A stretch of DNA of 32,944 nucleotides from Minisyncoccota bacterium (GTDB lineage Bacteria; Patescibacteriota; Minisyncoccia; UBA6257; JAGOQP01): NCBI GenBank assembly GCA_036170035.1, contig JAVHOK010000048.1, positions 1-32,944 on the forward strand, written 5' to 3'. The notes beneath the pieces were generated by a model. It was not told the origin of the DNA and searched no databases. It saw only the letters and a list, made by a program, of their open reading frames with translations. This document shows positions 7,281-15,407 of the stretch, piece by piece (the first letter of the stretch is position 1; every line of letters starts with the position of its first letter). Made by a program: the position numbers and the translations under genes.

Positions 7281-9662
7281 ATGGTTCAATATATTATTGC
7301 TTTTGGGGTTATATTATTTGTTGCCATAGTAATTTGGTTGGTTTATTTTGTTAATTTAATACATAGAAAAAAACAGATTAAAGAATCTTTGGGAATGAAG
7401 TTGCTTTTGGTGCGTCTTCCAAACCAAGCTTTAATAAATGATAAGGGAGCTATAAATTTCAAAGAAGAAATTAACGCTTCTCAACTATTATTTAGTATTT
7501 TAGCTTCTCAAAAAGATGTTTCTTCTTTAGAAGTTGCCGTCCATAATATTGGAGAAGAAATTAATTTTTATATTAGTGTCCCAGAAAAAAGTGCGGAGTT
7601 TATCAGTCGTCAAATTGAAGGTCTTTTTAAAGATGCACAGATAGAACATTCTTTGGAATATAATATTTTTCATACAGGAGGATTTAACGCAGGAGTATAT
7701 TTAAAACAGGATAAACACTATTCTTTAATGTTCAGAAGTTATTTAGAATCGGATGTAGATACTTTCTCACCGATAGTTAGCGGACTTTCAAAAATAAATG
7801 AAATATGTGAAGGAGTGGCAATTCAGATTCTAATAAAGCCTGCGCCCGATTCTTATAAAAAGAATATTTTTAATATGATAAATAACTTGAGGAAAGGCGC
7901 GAGTTTCAAGGATTTATCATCTTCAAATCTTTTTAATAAAAAAGATCTCGGTCTTCTTTTTGGAGAAGAAAAAAAATCTGAAAATGAAGAAAAAAAACCA
8001 TCTATTGTTGATGATGATTCAATTAAAAATTTAGAGAAAAAAATTTCTTGTCCTTTACTTTTGGTAAATTATAGAATTTTGGTTTCTTCAACTAATCAAT
8101 TGCAAACAGATTCTTTGTTAAATGGTTTGATTGGATCGTTGGCACAATTTGATTCTCCTCTCAGGAATAAAATCAAAGCTGTTAAAGTTAAAAATTTTGG
8201 AGGATTTTCTTCTAAGTTTATGTTTAGAGAATATGATGATTCTCAAACAATGGTTTTAAATACCGAAGAATTAGCAAGTATGGTCCATTTACCCTCTTCG
8301 TCAACGCTATCTTCAAAGATAAAGTGGTTGAGATCCAAAGAAGCGCCAGCGCCGTTAGATTTGCAAACATCAGGAACGAATTTGGGAAATAGTTTATACA
8401 GAGGGTTAACTAAACCAGTTTTTATAACAGATGAAGACAGAAGAAGACATATTTATATTATTGGACAGACGGGTACTGGAAAATCTGTTTTGATGACCAG
8501 TATGGCTTGGGAAGATATGAAAAAAGGAAAGGGGATTGCCATAATAGATCCTCATGGTGAGTTGGTGGATAGTATTTTGAGTTTGGTGCCAAAAGAAAGA
8601 ATAGATGATGTAGTAGTGTTTGATCCGGCAAATGTTCAAAGACCGATTGGATTAAATATGTTGGAATACAATTTTGATAGACCGGAAGAAAAAACTTTTG
8701 TTATAAATGAAATTATAAGTATTTTTGACAAGCTTTATGATTTGAAAACAACAGGTGGTCCAATGTTTGAATATTATCTAAGAGGAGCTTTGCTACTTTT
8801 GTTGGCGGATTTACCAAATGAACCAGCGACATTAATGGAGGTGCCAAGAATTTTTACTGATGATGAATATAGAAAAAGAAAATTAGCTAGAATTACAGAT
8901 CCGGTCGTGATTGATTTTTGGGAAAAAATGGCTCTTAAGGCCGGAGGAGATTTGTCTTTAGCAAATGTAGCGCCTTATATAACTTCTAAATTTAATCAAT
9001 TTATTACAAATGATTTTATGAAGTTAATTGTTGGACAAGCAACATCGTCTATTAATTTCAGGAAAATTATGGATGAGGGAAAAATTCTTCTTGTGCCTTT
9101 AGCTAAAGGGAGATTAGGAGATATCAATGCTAATTTATTGGGTATGTTGGTAATTGGAAAACTTCTTTTGGCGGCTTTTTCTAGGTTTGAGATAAGTGAA
9201 AAAGAAAGAAAGATGTTTAATCTTTATATAGATGAGTTTCAAAACTTTTCAACTGATTCCATAGGAACGATTTTAGCTGAAGCAAGAAAATACGGTTTAA
9301 CTCTGACAATGGCTCATCAGTTTATAACTCAATTAACAGAGAAGATAAAAGATGCTGTTTTTGGAAATGTTGGATCTATGGTGGTGTTTAGAGTTGGAAC
9401 ACAAGATGCAGAAGCATTTTCAAAGGTTTTTGATCCGGTTTTTAAACCGACGGATTTGGTTAATATAGATAACTTCAATGCCTATACAAAAATATTAATT
9501 AATGGAAGAATATCTACTCCTTTTAATATTCAAACACCTCATTGGAAAGAATTTCCATCCAATAAAGATCAAATCTCAAAAATAAAAGAATTGTCGTCAT
9601 TAAAATACGGGAGAGATAGAATGGATGTTGAGAAAGAAATATTGTCTAGATTAAGATCTTGA
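7281..9662 (+). CDS. VirD4/TraD/TraG-like type IV coupling protein-type ATPase with a novel N-terminal region
   Basis: 793 aa. It has an N-terminal TM helix followed by about 350 aa with no recognisable motif. Then come Walker A IIGQTGTGKS, AIIDPHGE, and Walker B LYIDEFQNF followed by LAEARKYGL and TMAHQ, the layout seen in TraD/TrwB/VirD4 and DUF87-type ATPases. Confidence 0.65.
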   Translation: MVQYIIAFGVILFVAIVIWLVYFVNLIHRKKQIKESLGMKLLLVRLPNQALINDKGAINFKEEINASQLLFSILASQKDVSSLEVAVHNIGEEINFYISVPEKSAEFISRQIEGLFKDAQIEHSLEYNIFHTGGFNAGVYLKQDKHYSLMFRSYLESDVDTFSPIVSGLSKINEICEGVAIQILIKPAPDSYKKNIFNMINNLRKGASFKDLSSSNLFNKKDLGLLFGEEKKSENEEKKPSIVDDDSIKNLEKKISCPLLLVNYRILVSSTNQLQTDSLLNGLIGSLAQFDSPLRNKIKAVKVKNFGGFSSKFMFREYDDSQTMVLNTEELASMVHLPSSSTLSSKIKWLRSKEAPAPLDLQTSGTNLGNSLYRGLTKPVFITDEDRRRHIYIIGQTGTGKSVLMTSMAWEDMKKGKGIAIIDPHGELVDSILSLVPKERIDDVVVFDPANVQRPIGLNMLEYNFDRPEEKTFVINEIISIFDKLYDLKTTGGPMFEYYLRGALLLLLADLPNEPATLMEVPRIFTDDEYRKRKLARITDPVVIDFWEKMALKAGGDLSLANVAPYITSKFNQFITNDFMKLIVGQATSSINFRKIMDEGKILLVPLAKGRLGDINANLLGMLVIGKLLLAAFSRFEISEKERKMFNLYIDEFQNFSTDSIGTILAEARKYGLTLTMAHQFITQLTEKIKDAVFGNVGSMVVFRVGTQDAEAFSKVFDPVFKPTDLVNIDNFNAYTKILINGRISTPFNIQTPHWKEFPSNKDQISKIKELSSLKYGRDRMDVEKEILSRLRS

Positions 9663-9747
9663 TTTGAAATTATGTATCAAAAAATGTCATAATCAGAGTG
9701 TTGATTTGGCTTAGTTTTTGTTGAAAATATTGTGATCAATAATGTTT

Positions 9748-9820
9748 GCCGGAGTAGCTCAGTTGGTAGAGCAGTACTTTCGTAAAGTAAAGGTCGGGAG
9801 TTCAATTCTCCCCTCCGGCT
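9748..9820 (+). tRNA. tRNA-Thr (anticodon CGT)
   Basis: Hand-folded cloverleaf: acceptor GCCGGAG/CTCCGGC, D-arm GCTC-AGTTGGTA-GAGC, anticodon loop TTCGTAA (CGT at 34-36), variable AGGTC, T-arm GGGAG-TTCAATT-CTCCC, discriminator T. CCA is not encoded. Confidence 0.9.
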
Positions 9821-9830
9821 CATAATAAAT

Positions 9831-10904
9831 ATGCTTCAAAAAGAATACGACAACAAAGTTAAAGAGTTAAAAGAAAGATTGGATCAATTATTGAATTGGA
9901 TTGATTTAGAATCTAAACAAAACAGAATTAAAGAAATTGAATTTGAAATTCAAGATCCTGATTTATGGAAAGATTCTAAAAAAGCGGAAATAATTCTTAA
10001 AGAACTTGGGGATTTAAAAAATATAACCTCTGTTTTTGTTGAATCTCAAAATGATTTGGAAAAAATTTTTAGCAATAAAAGTAACTTAATGGTTGACGAA
10101 ATTTATGCCTTAGAGAGAAATATAAAAAAAATAGAGATAAAAAGATTGTTTCAAGGAAAATGGGACAAAAACAACGCCGTTGTTTCTGTTTATGCTGGAG
10201 CTGGAGGATTAGATGCAGCCGATTGGACTCATATGTTGTATAAAATGTATGAACAATATGCACTTAATCAAGATTGGAAGGTGGAAGTCGTGGATAGTGC
10301 TCAAGAAACATTTGAATCAAAAACAGGAAGAGTACCTCTTAAAAATATTACTTTTGAAATAGAGGGGAAATATGCCTTTGGATATTTAAAAAAAGAAAGT
10401 GGGGTCCATAGATTAGTAAGAATATCTCCTTTTTCTTCGGATGATTTAAGACATACATCTTTTGCCTTGGTAGAAGTAATTCCAAAAATTGAAGAGAAAA
10501 CATTAGAAATAAAAGATTCGGATTTAAAGGTGGAATTTTTTAGATCGTCTGGTCCCGGGGGTCAAAATGTTAATAAGGTTGAGACGGCAGTGAGAATTGT
10601 TCATATGCCGACTGGACTTGTAGCGTCCGCCCAAGTGGAAAGGTCTCAATCTCAAAATAGAGAAAGAGCAATGAGAATGTTGGAGGCAAAAATTATTCAA
10701 TTAATGGAAAAAGAAAGAGTAGAAGAAATAGGACTTTTAAAAACAAAAATTAAACCAGAATGGGGAAGTCAAATTAGATCGTACATATTAAATCCGTATA
10801 AACTTGTTAAAGATCATAGAACAAATTATGAAACAACAGCAGTAGAAAATGTAATTGAAGAAGGAGAATTGGGAGAGTTTATTTATGCAGAATTAACTTC
10901 TTAA
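9831..10904 (+). CDS. prfB: peptide chain release factor 2
   Basis: SPF tripeptide (RISPFSS) and the GGQ motif (SGPGGQNVNKVETAVRIVH) are present. The ORF is uninterrupted, with no internal in-frame UGA frameshift site. Confidence 0.92.
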   Translation: MLQKEYDNKVKELKERLDQLLNWIDLESKQNRIKEIEFEIQDPDLWKDSKKAEIILKELGDLKNITSVFVESQNDLEKIFSNKSNLMVDEIYALERNIKKIEIKRLFQGKWDKNNAVVSVYAGAGGLDAADWTHMLYKMYEQYALNQDWKVEVVDSAQETFESKTGRVPLKNITFEIEGKYAFGYLKKESGVHRLVRISPFSSDDLRHTSFALVEVIPKIEEKTLEIKDSDLKVEFFRSSGPGGQNVNKVETAVRIVHMPTGLVASAQVERSQSQNRERAMRMLEAKIIQLMEKERVEEIGLLKTKIKPEWGSQIRSYILNPYKLVKDHRTNYETTAVENVIEEGELGEFIYAELTS

Positions 10905-10992
10905 AGAATGTTAATAACTTATTTTGAATTAGTTTGAAAAAAATGGTAGACTTTACAGTGTACATAAATAAATATTTGAATTCCAACACTAT

Positions 10993-11685
10993 ATGATAAT
11001 TTTTCAGAATGTATCTAAATCTTATAAAAGCAACGGTCATACTTACTCAGCTCTTGAGGAAATAAGTTTAAAAATAAATCCCAACGAATTTGTCTCATTG
11101 GTGGGAAGATCTGGAGCGGGAAAATCAACAATAATAAAACTTCTAATTGGTGAGGAAAAACCAACCAAGGGAAGGATTATTTTTGGTTCTTATGATGTAA
11201 CTCGCTTAAAACAGAATGAGCTTTATAAAATGAGAAGGCATATCGGAACAATTTTTCAAGACTTTAAACTACTTCCAGAAAAAAATGCTTACGAAAATGT
11301 GGCTTTTGCGTTGGAAGCAGCTGGAAGACCAGAGAACGAAATAGATGAACTAGTGCCAAAAGCTTTGGATATGGTTGGTTTGTCAAGTAAGGCGGACAAT
11401 TTTCCTAGAGAGTTATCAGGAGGAGAAAAACAAAGAGTAGCAATTGCAAGAGCAATGATAAATAATCCAGATGTGATTATTGCCGATGAACCAACGGGAA
11501 ATTTGGATCCTATTAATACAGCCGAAATTGTAAAGTTGTTATTAAAAATTAATGAGTTAGGAACAACAATTATTTTGGCCACTCACGATAAAGTTGTGAT
11601 TGATTCTGTTAATAGAAGAGTTGTTAGCTTAGAGAATGGAAAAATAATCAGAGATGAAGAGGAGGGTAAATACATATTGTTTTAG
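10993..11685 (+). CDS. ftsE: cell-division ABC ATPase FtsE
   Basis: Walker A GRSGAGKST, signature [14 protein letters not shown], Walker [12 protein letters not shown]. About 230 aa, immediately upstream of ftsX. Confidence 0.88.
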   Translation: MIIFQNVSKSYKSNGHTYSALEEISLKINPNEFVSLVGRSGAGKSTIIKLLIGEEKPTKGRIIFGSYDVTRLKQNELYKMRRHIGTIFQDFKLLPEKNAYENVAFALEAAGRPENEIDELVPKALDMVGLSSKADNFPRELSGGEKQRVAIARAMINNPDVIIADEPTGNLDPINTAEIVKLLLKINELGTTIILATHDKVVIDSVNRRVVSLENGKIIRDEEEGKYILF

Positions 11686-11729
11686 TTATAAGGTTCATTA
11701 AATTTAAATAAATATAAAATAATCGACAT

Positions 11730-12638
11730 ATGCTTACAACCCTTATTAGAATAACAAAATATGGTTTTCAAAACTTTGTCAGAAATGCCTGGCTTTCTAC
11801 AGCAACGATTGCAATTATGGTAATGACTTTAATACTTTTTGCTGGACTTATAATGATGAATGTTATCACAACAACCATTATTACTAGCATTCAAGATAAA
11901 ATTGATGTGAGTGTTTACTTTAAAAAAGATACAGCTGAGGATGAGATGCTAAGAATTAAATCAACCCTAGAGTCTTTAGCAGAGGTAAAAACCATTGAAT
12001 ATGTTTCTAAGGATCAAGCTTTGGAAATTTTTAGAGAGAAACATAAGGGCGACGAAAGTATTTCTCAAGCGATAGATCAATTAAATGAAAATCCTCTTCT
12101 TGGATCGCTTAATATTAAAGCTCAAAAATCTGAAGAATATCCAATTATTGCCAAATATCTTGAAAATGATTCCATAAAACCATTTGTAGAAAGAGTTTCT
12201 TATAGTCAAAACTCAGTTGTAATAGAAAGATTAAATAAGATTTTAAAGACGGCTCAAAATGGAGGATTAGCCTTAACAATTATAATGTCGTTTATTGCTG
12301 TTTTAATTACTTTTAATACTATTCGTTTGGCAATTTATTCTAGCAGAGAAAGTGTAAATATTATGAGATTAGTCGGTGGATCAAATGTTTTTATTCGTGG
12401 TCCGTTTTTAACCGAGGGGGTTTTGTATGGAATTATTTCGGCGTTTGTTAGTATTATTATTATGTCTCCAGCGATATTTTTCATATCTCCGTATGCATCC
12501 GTTTTAGTTCCAGAGCTTAATTTATGGTCAAGTTTCTTACATAATTTACCGTTATATCTTTTATATCAGATATTTTTTGGAGTAGTTTTAGGACTCATGT
12601 CTAGTTTTATTGCAATAAGTAAACATTTGAAGGATTAG
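11730..12638 (+). CDS. ftsX: cell-division permease FtsX
   Basis: 302 aa. It has an N-terminal TM helix, an extracytoplasmic loop domain and then three C-terminal TM helices (FtsX fold). It is adjacent to ftsE. Confidence 0.85.
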   Translation: MLTTLIRITKYGFQNFVRNAWLSTATIAIMVMTLILFAGLIMMNVITTTIITSIQDKIDVSVYFKKDTAEDEMLRIKSTLESLAEVKTIEYVSKDQALEIFREKHKGDESISQAIDQLNENPLLGSLNIKAQKSEEYPIIAKYLENDSIKPFVERVSYSQNSVVIERLNKILKTAQNGGLALTIIMSFIAVLITFNTIRLAIYSSRESVNIMRLVGGSNVFIRGPFLTEGVLYGIISAFVSIIIMSPAIFFISPYASVLVPELNLWSSFLHNLPLYLLYQIFFGVVLGLMSSFIAISKHLKD

Positions 12639-12782
12639 TAAAGAAGTAGAAAGTAATAAGTAAAAGGTAAAAAGTGAGAAAAGAAGAAAGAAGTGAAAAA
12701 TTAATTAGTGGAAAAAAGAAAAATAGAGTATAAAGAATGGAAAATAAAATGAATAAAGAATTAGATGTAGAAAATTGTGTAG
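12625..12782 (+). repeat. 158-nt cytosine-free tract containing a copy of the dispersed AAGTAATAAGTAAAAGGTA motif (12651-12669)
   Basis: No C occurs on the + strand between C12624 and C12783. The 19-mer at 12651-12669 is identical to the reverse complement of 82-100. Stop codons occur in all three frames. Confidence 0.85.
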
Positions 12783-13723
12783 CTGGATTGTTTTTATTTA
12801 ATAAACCGTCGGAAGTAAGTTCCGCCGGTTTTTTGAATAGCGTAAAATTTTTTTTTACAAAAATTACGAATAATAAGTCTCTGAAGATGGGACATGGGGG
12901 AACGCTTGATCCGTTTGCTTCGGGGCTTTTAGTAGTTGGAGTTTCTAGAGAATATACAAAAACTCTTGGTTATATACTTAGAGATACAAAAAAGTCTTAT
13001 AAGACAGAAATAGTTTTAGGGGCAACTTCTGATACCTTTGATAAAATGGGAGAAATTAAAGATAGTGAAAAAAATGTTAATTTAACAAAAGATGATGTTG
13101 TTTTAGTAATTGAAAAAATAAAAAAATCCGGAATGCAAGCTCCGCCAAGTTATTCGGCGGTTAAAATAAATGGAAAAAAATCGTATGAGCTAGCAAGAGA
13201 AAAGGGGATAATGACGCAACATTTACCAAAACCGGTTACTATTTTTAATTATGAAATTAATTCATTTAAAAAAGATGTTGGCAATAGACATTTATTGGAT
13301 GTAACAATTGAAGTTTCGTCTGGCTTTTATGTTAGGAGTTTTGCTAATGATATTGGGAAAGAGTTGAAAGTTGGTGGATATTGTCAGGAATTAATCAGAT
13401 TAAAAATAGGGGAGTATGATTTAGAAGACGCTTTGTCTATGGATGATTTAATTGGTGGCAACTTAGAATTATATGTACTGATTGAAATTGAAAAAGATGC
13501 CTTAAAATGGGCTCAAAATACCCTTATAATCGCTCAAAAATGGGCCATAAGAGGTGTTTTAAAGATTAATGGGGCAAACTTGGTTAGTTGCGTTTTTCAA
13601 TCAAAAGTGGATATTTTATCAGGTTTTTTAAATCAGATAAAAAATGAAGGTAAGGTAGAAGTTAAAAGAGCATATTTTAGAAAAATGAGAGAGATTTTTG
13701 ATGATCTTTCTGTTATTGACTAA
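12737..13723 (+). CDS. truB: tRNA pseudouridine(55) synthase TruB with an atypical C-terminal extension
   Basis: Catalytic motif GHGGTLDPFASGLL plus the SYSAVKINGKKSYELAR block. The last ~85 aa do not resemble a PUA domain. Confidence 0.85.
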   Translation: MENKMNKELDVENCVAGLFLFNKPSEVSSAGFLNSVKFFFTKITNNKSLKMGHGGTLDPFASGLLVVGVSREYTKTLGYILRDTKKSYKTEIVLGATSDTFDKMGEIKDSEKNVNLTKDDVVLVIEKIKKSGMQAPPSYSAVKINGKKSYELAREKGIMTQHLPKPVTIFNYEINSFKKDVGNRHLLDVTIEVSSGFYVRSFANDIGKELKVGGYCQELIRLKIGEYDLEDALSMDDLIGGNLELYVLIEIEKDALKWAQNTLIIAQKWAIRGVLKINGANLVSCVFQSKVDILSGFLNQIKNEGKVEVKRAYFRKMREIFDDLSVID

Positions 13724-13782
13724 TAAATATCTTCGTGTTATATTCCAACTCAGCAAATTAGACAAGAAGAGGAGGGAGAAGT

Positions 13783-14013
13783 ATGTCGTCAATACCCATC
13801 AAAATCACAAGAATTTTTGGACAAGTATTAAATGAAGCAACGGCTCAGTCACTTATTGACGCAGTATATCAAATTGGAGCATTGCCTAATGATAGCGTGG
13901 CAATGCTTAAAAGTTTTTTAGAAAACAGTGTTTTTTCGGATGAGGGGAGTGATCTCATCCGAAGTGAGATTAATATGTTAGTAGATTCTCTTGGACCTCA
14001 ATGTCATAAGTAA
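13783..14013 (+). CDS. hypothetical small acidic protein
   Basis: 76-aa ORF with a strong SD (GAGGAGGGAG) 5 nt upstream and a strong intrinsic terminator 17 nt downstream. Confidence 0.6.
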   Translation: MSSIPIKITRIFGQVLNEATAQSLIDAVYQIGALPNDSVAMLKSFLENSVFSDEGSDLIRSEINMLVDSLGPQCHK

Positions 14014-14030
14014 ATTTTTTGGAATAGTAA

Positions 14031-14066
14031 AAGAGGCGACCATCTTGGCGCCTCTTGTTTTTTTAT
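14031..14066 (+). terminator. intrinsic terminator
   Basis: AAGAGGCG(A)CC ... GGCGCCTCTT stem followed by a long T-run (TTGTTTTTTTATTTTTTT). Confidence 0.75.
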
Positions 14067-14121
14067 TTTTTTCCTCCTCCAATTTTTCTAATTTTAATAA
14101 TTTTAGCATATTAAAAAATAG

Positions 14122-14150
14122 TTGAAATTGGTTGTTTTCTTTGATATATT
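14122..14150 (+). promoter_or_regulatory. putative sigma70-type promoter of the surface-protein gene
   Basis: TTGAAA (14122-14127), a 17-nt spacer, then TATATT (14145-14150). It lies 28 nt upstream of ATG 14178. AT-rich DNA makes chance matches likely. Confidence 0.4.
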
Positions 14151-14177
14151 AAAAACAAGCAAAAAAAGCTAAAAACT

Positions 14178-15254
14178 ATGAAAAAATCACTAGTTTTATT
14201 ATTCTTATTTATATTTTTGACCTCTGGATTAGTGGGGGTTAAGTTTGCTTTATCTCAATCATATAATGCACCAATCGTAACGACTAATTCGGCTAGCAAT
14301 ATCTATGAGAGTTCTGCAACATTAAATGGTCAGGTTAATTCAAATGGTTATAGCGCAGTTTATTATTTTGAGTATGGAACTAACTCAAATTTTGGTTCAA
14401 ATACTTCTTATCAATCAATTGGTAATGGAGGTGGAAACTTTTCTGTTTCTCAGAGTATTTCTAGTCTGTATAGAAATACCACTTATTATTATCGTTTAGT
14501 GGCTTACAATAGTTATGGAACAGATATTGGTGAAACAATGACTTTTGTGACTGGAGATAATTATGTTGGTTGTGCAAATGGTGGTTATTGTTATAACAAT
14601 CAGTCAGTCTTGACTCAAAATGCTACTAATGTAAATAGTAATTCAGCAACTTTAAATGGTTATGTAAATGGCTCTGTGAATGGAATTGCTTGGTTTGAAT
14701 ATGGAAATTATTCGGAATCTAATCTCAATTTGTCTTCTTCGCCAACAAATATTAATGGTTATTCTAATTTTTCTTCGAATCTTTATAATTTAAATAGTGG
14801 CACCACTTATTATTATAGAGCAGTCGTGAAAAATGGTGAGAGAACAATTTATGGGCAAACATTGAGTTTTGTGACTGGTTCTAATTATATAAATAATTAT
14901 CTCCCGAATTATTCAGATTATCAGTATCAATATGTACCACAACAAGAACAGGTAAAATATGTTTATATTCAACAACCAACAGAAAAAGTTGTCTATCAGC
15001 AAGATCCAAATTCATATTTTGCTTCAACTCAATACGGATATAACAACGGATACTACAATGGATACAACGCTCCAGTGAATACAGCCTACTCATATAATAA
15101 TGGTTATGGAAATAATTATAGCAATGTGCCATTACAGGCTTCTATCTTAGGAACGACCTCTGGACTAAATTGGTCAACGGTTGGACTTATATTGTTCATC
15201 TTATTAGTTGTTTTGGTTTTAGCGATTGTTTTTAGAAGAAATCCAATAAGATAA
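14178..15254 (+). CDS. secreted, C-terminally membrane-anchored surface protein with two Fn3/Ig-like repeats and an N/Y/Q-rich stalk
   Basis: Signal peptide MKKSLVLLFLFIFLTSGLVG. Two ~95-aa repeats share SATLNG-VN...(F/W)FEYG...TTYYYR...G...(T/L)(M/L)(T/S)FVTG. A low-complexity N/Y/Q-rich segment follows, then a terminal TM helix plus RRNPIR. Confidence 0.7.
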   Translation: MKKSLVLLFLFIFLTSGLVGVKFALSQSYNAPIVTTNSASNIYESSATLNGQVNSNGYSAVYYFEYGTNSNFGSNTSYQSIGNGGGNFSVSQSISSLYRNTTYYYRLVAYNSYGTDIGETMTFVTGDNYVGCANGGYCYNNQSVLTQNATNVNSNSATLNGYVNGSVNGIAWFEYGNYSESNLNLSSSPTNINGYSNFSSNLYNLNSGTTYYYRAVVKNGERTIYGQTLSFVTGSNYINNYLPNYSDYQYQYVPQQEQVKYVYIQQPTEKVVYQQDPNSYFASTQYGYNNGYYNGYNAPVNTAYSYNNGYGNNYSNVPLQASILGTTSGLNWSTVGLILFILLVVLVLAIVFRRNPIR

Positions 15255-15366
15255 TAAATAATAAAGAAGTATAAAGTAGTAAGTAATAAGTAGAAAGCGA
15301 GAAGAAGTAAAAGGTAATAAGTAGTAAATAAAAATAATGTATGCTGTATAATGTATGCAGTGTTAA
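15245..15366 (+). repeat. C-poor intergenic repeat region (shuffled GTAATAAGTA / GTAAAAGGTA modules plus tandem ATGTATGC(T/A)GT)
   Basis: Only one C (15298) occurs between 15245 and 15343. AAGTAATAAGTA is at 15281-15292 and AGTAAAAGGTAATAAGTA at 15306-15323. The 16-mer ATAATGTATGCTGTAT at 15334-15349 recurs at 26476-26491. Confidence 0.8.
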
Positions 15367-15407
15367 AAAATTACGAATATAATGCAATAGCTAGGAAGTT
15401 TATAGTC

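Noticed and set aside
9831-10904. Programmed +1 frameshift in prfB
   Set aside because: The RF2 reading frame is continuous from ATG 9831 through the SPF and GGQ motifs. No CUU-UGA-type shift site or split ORF is present.
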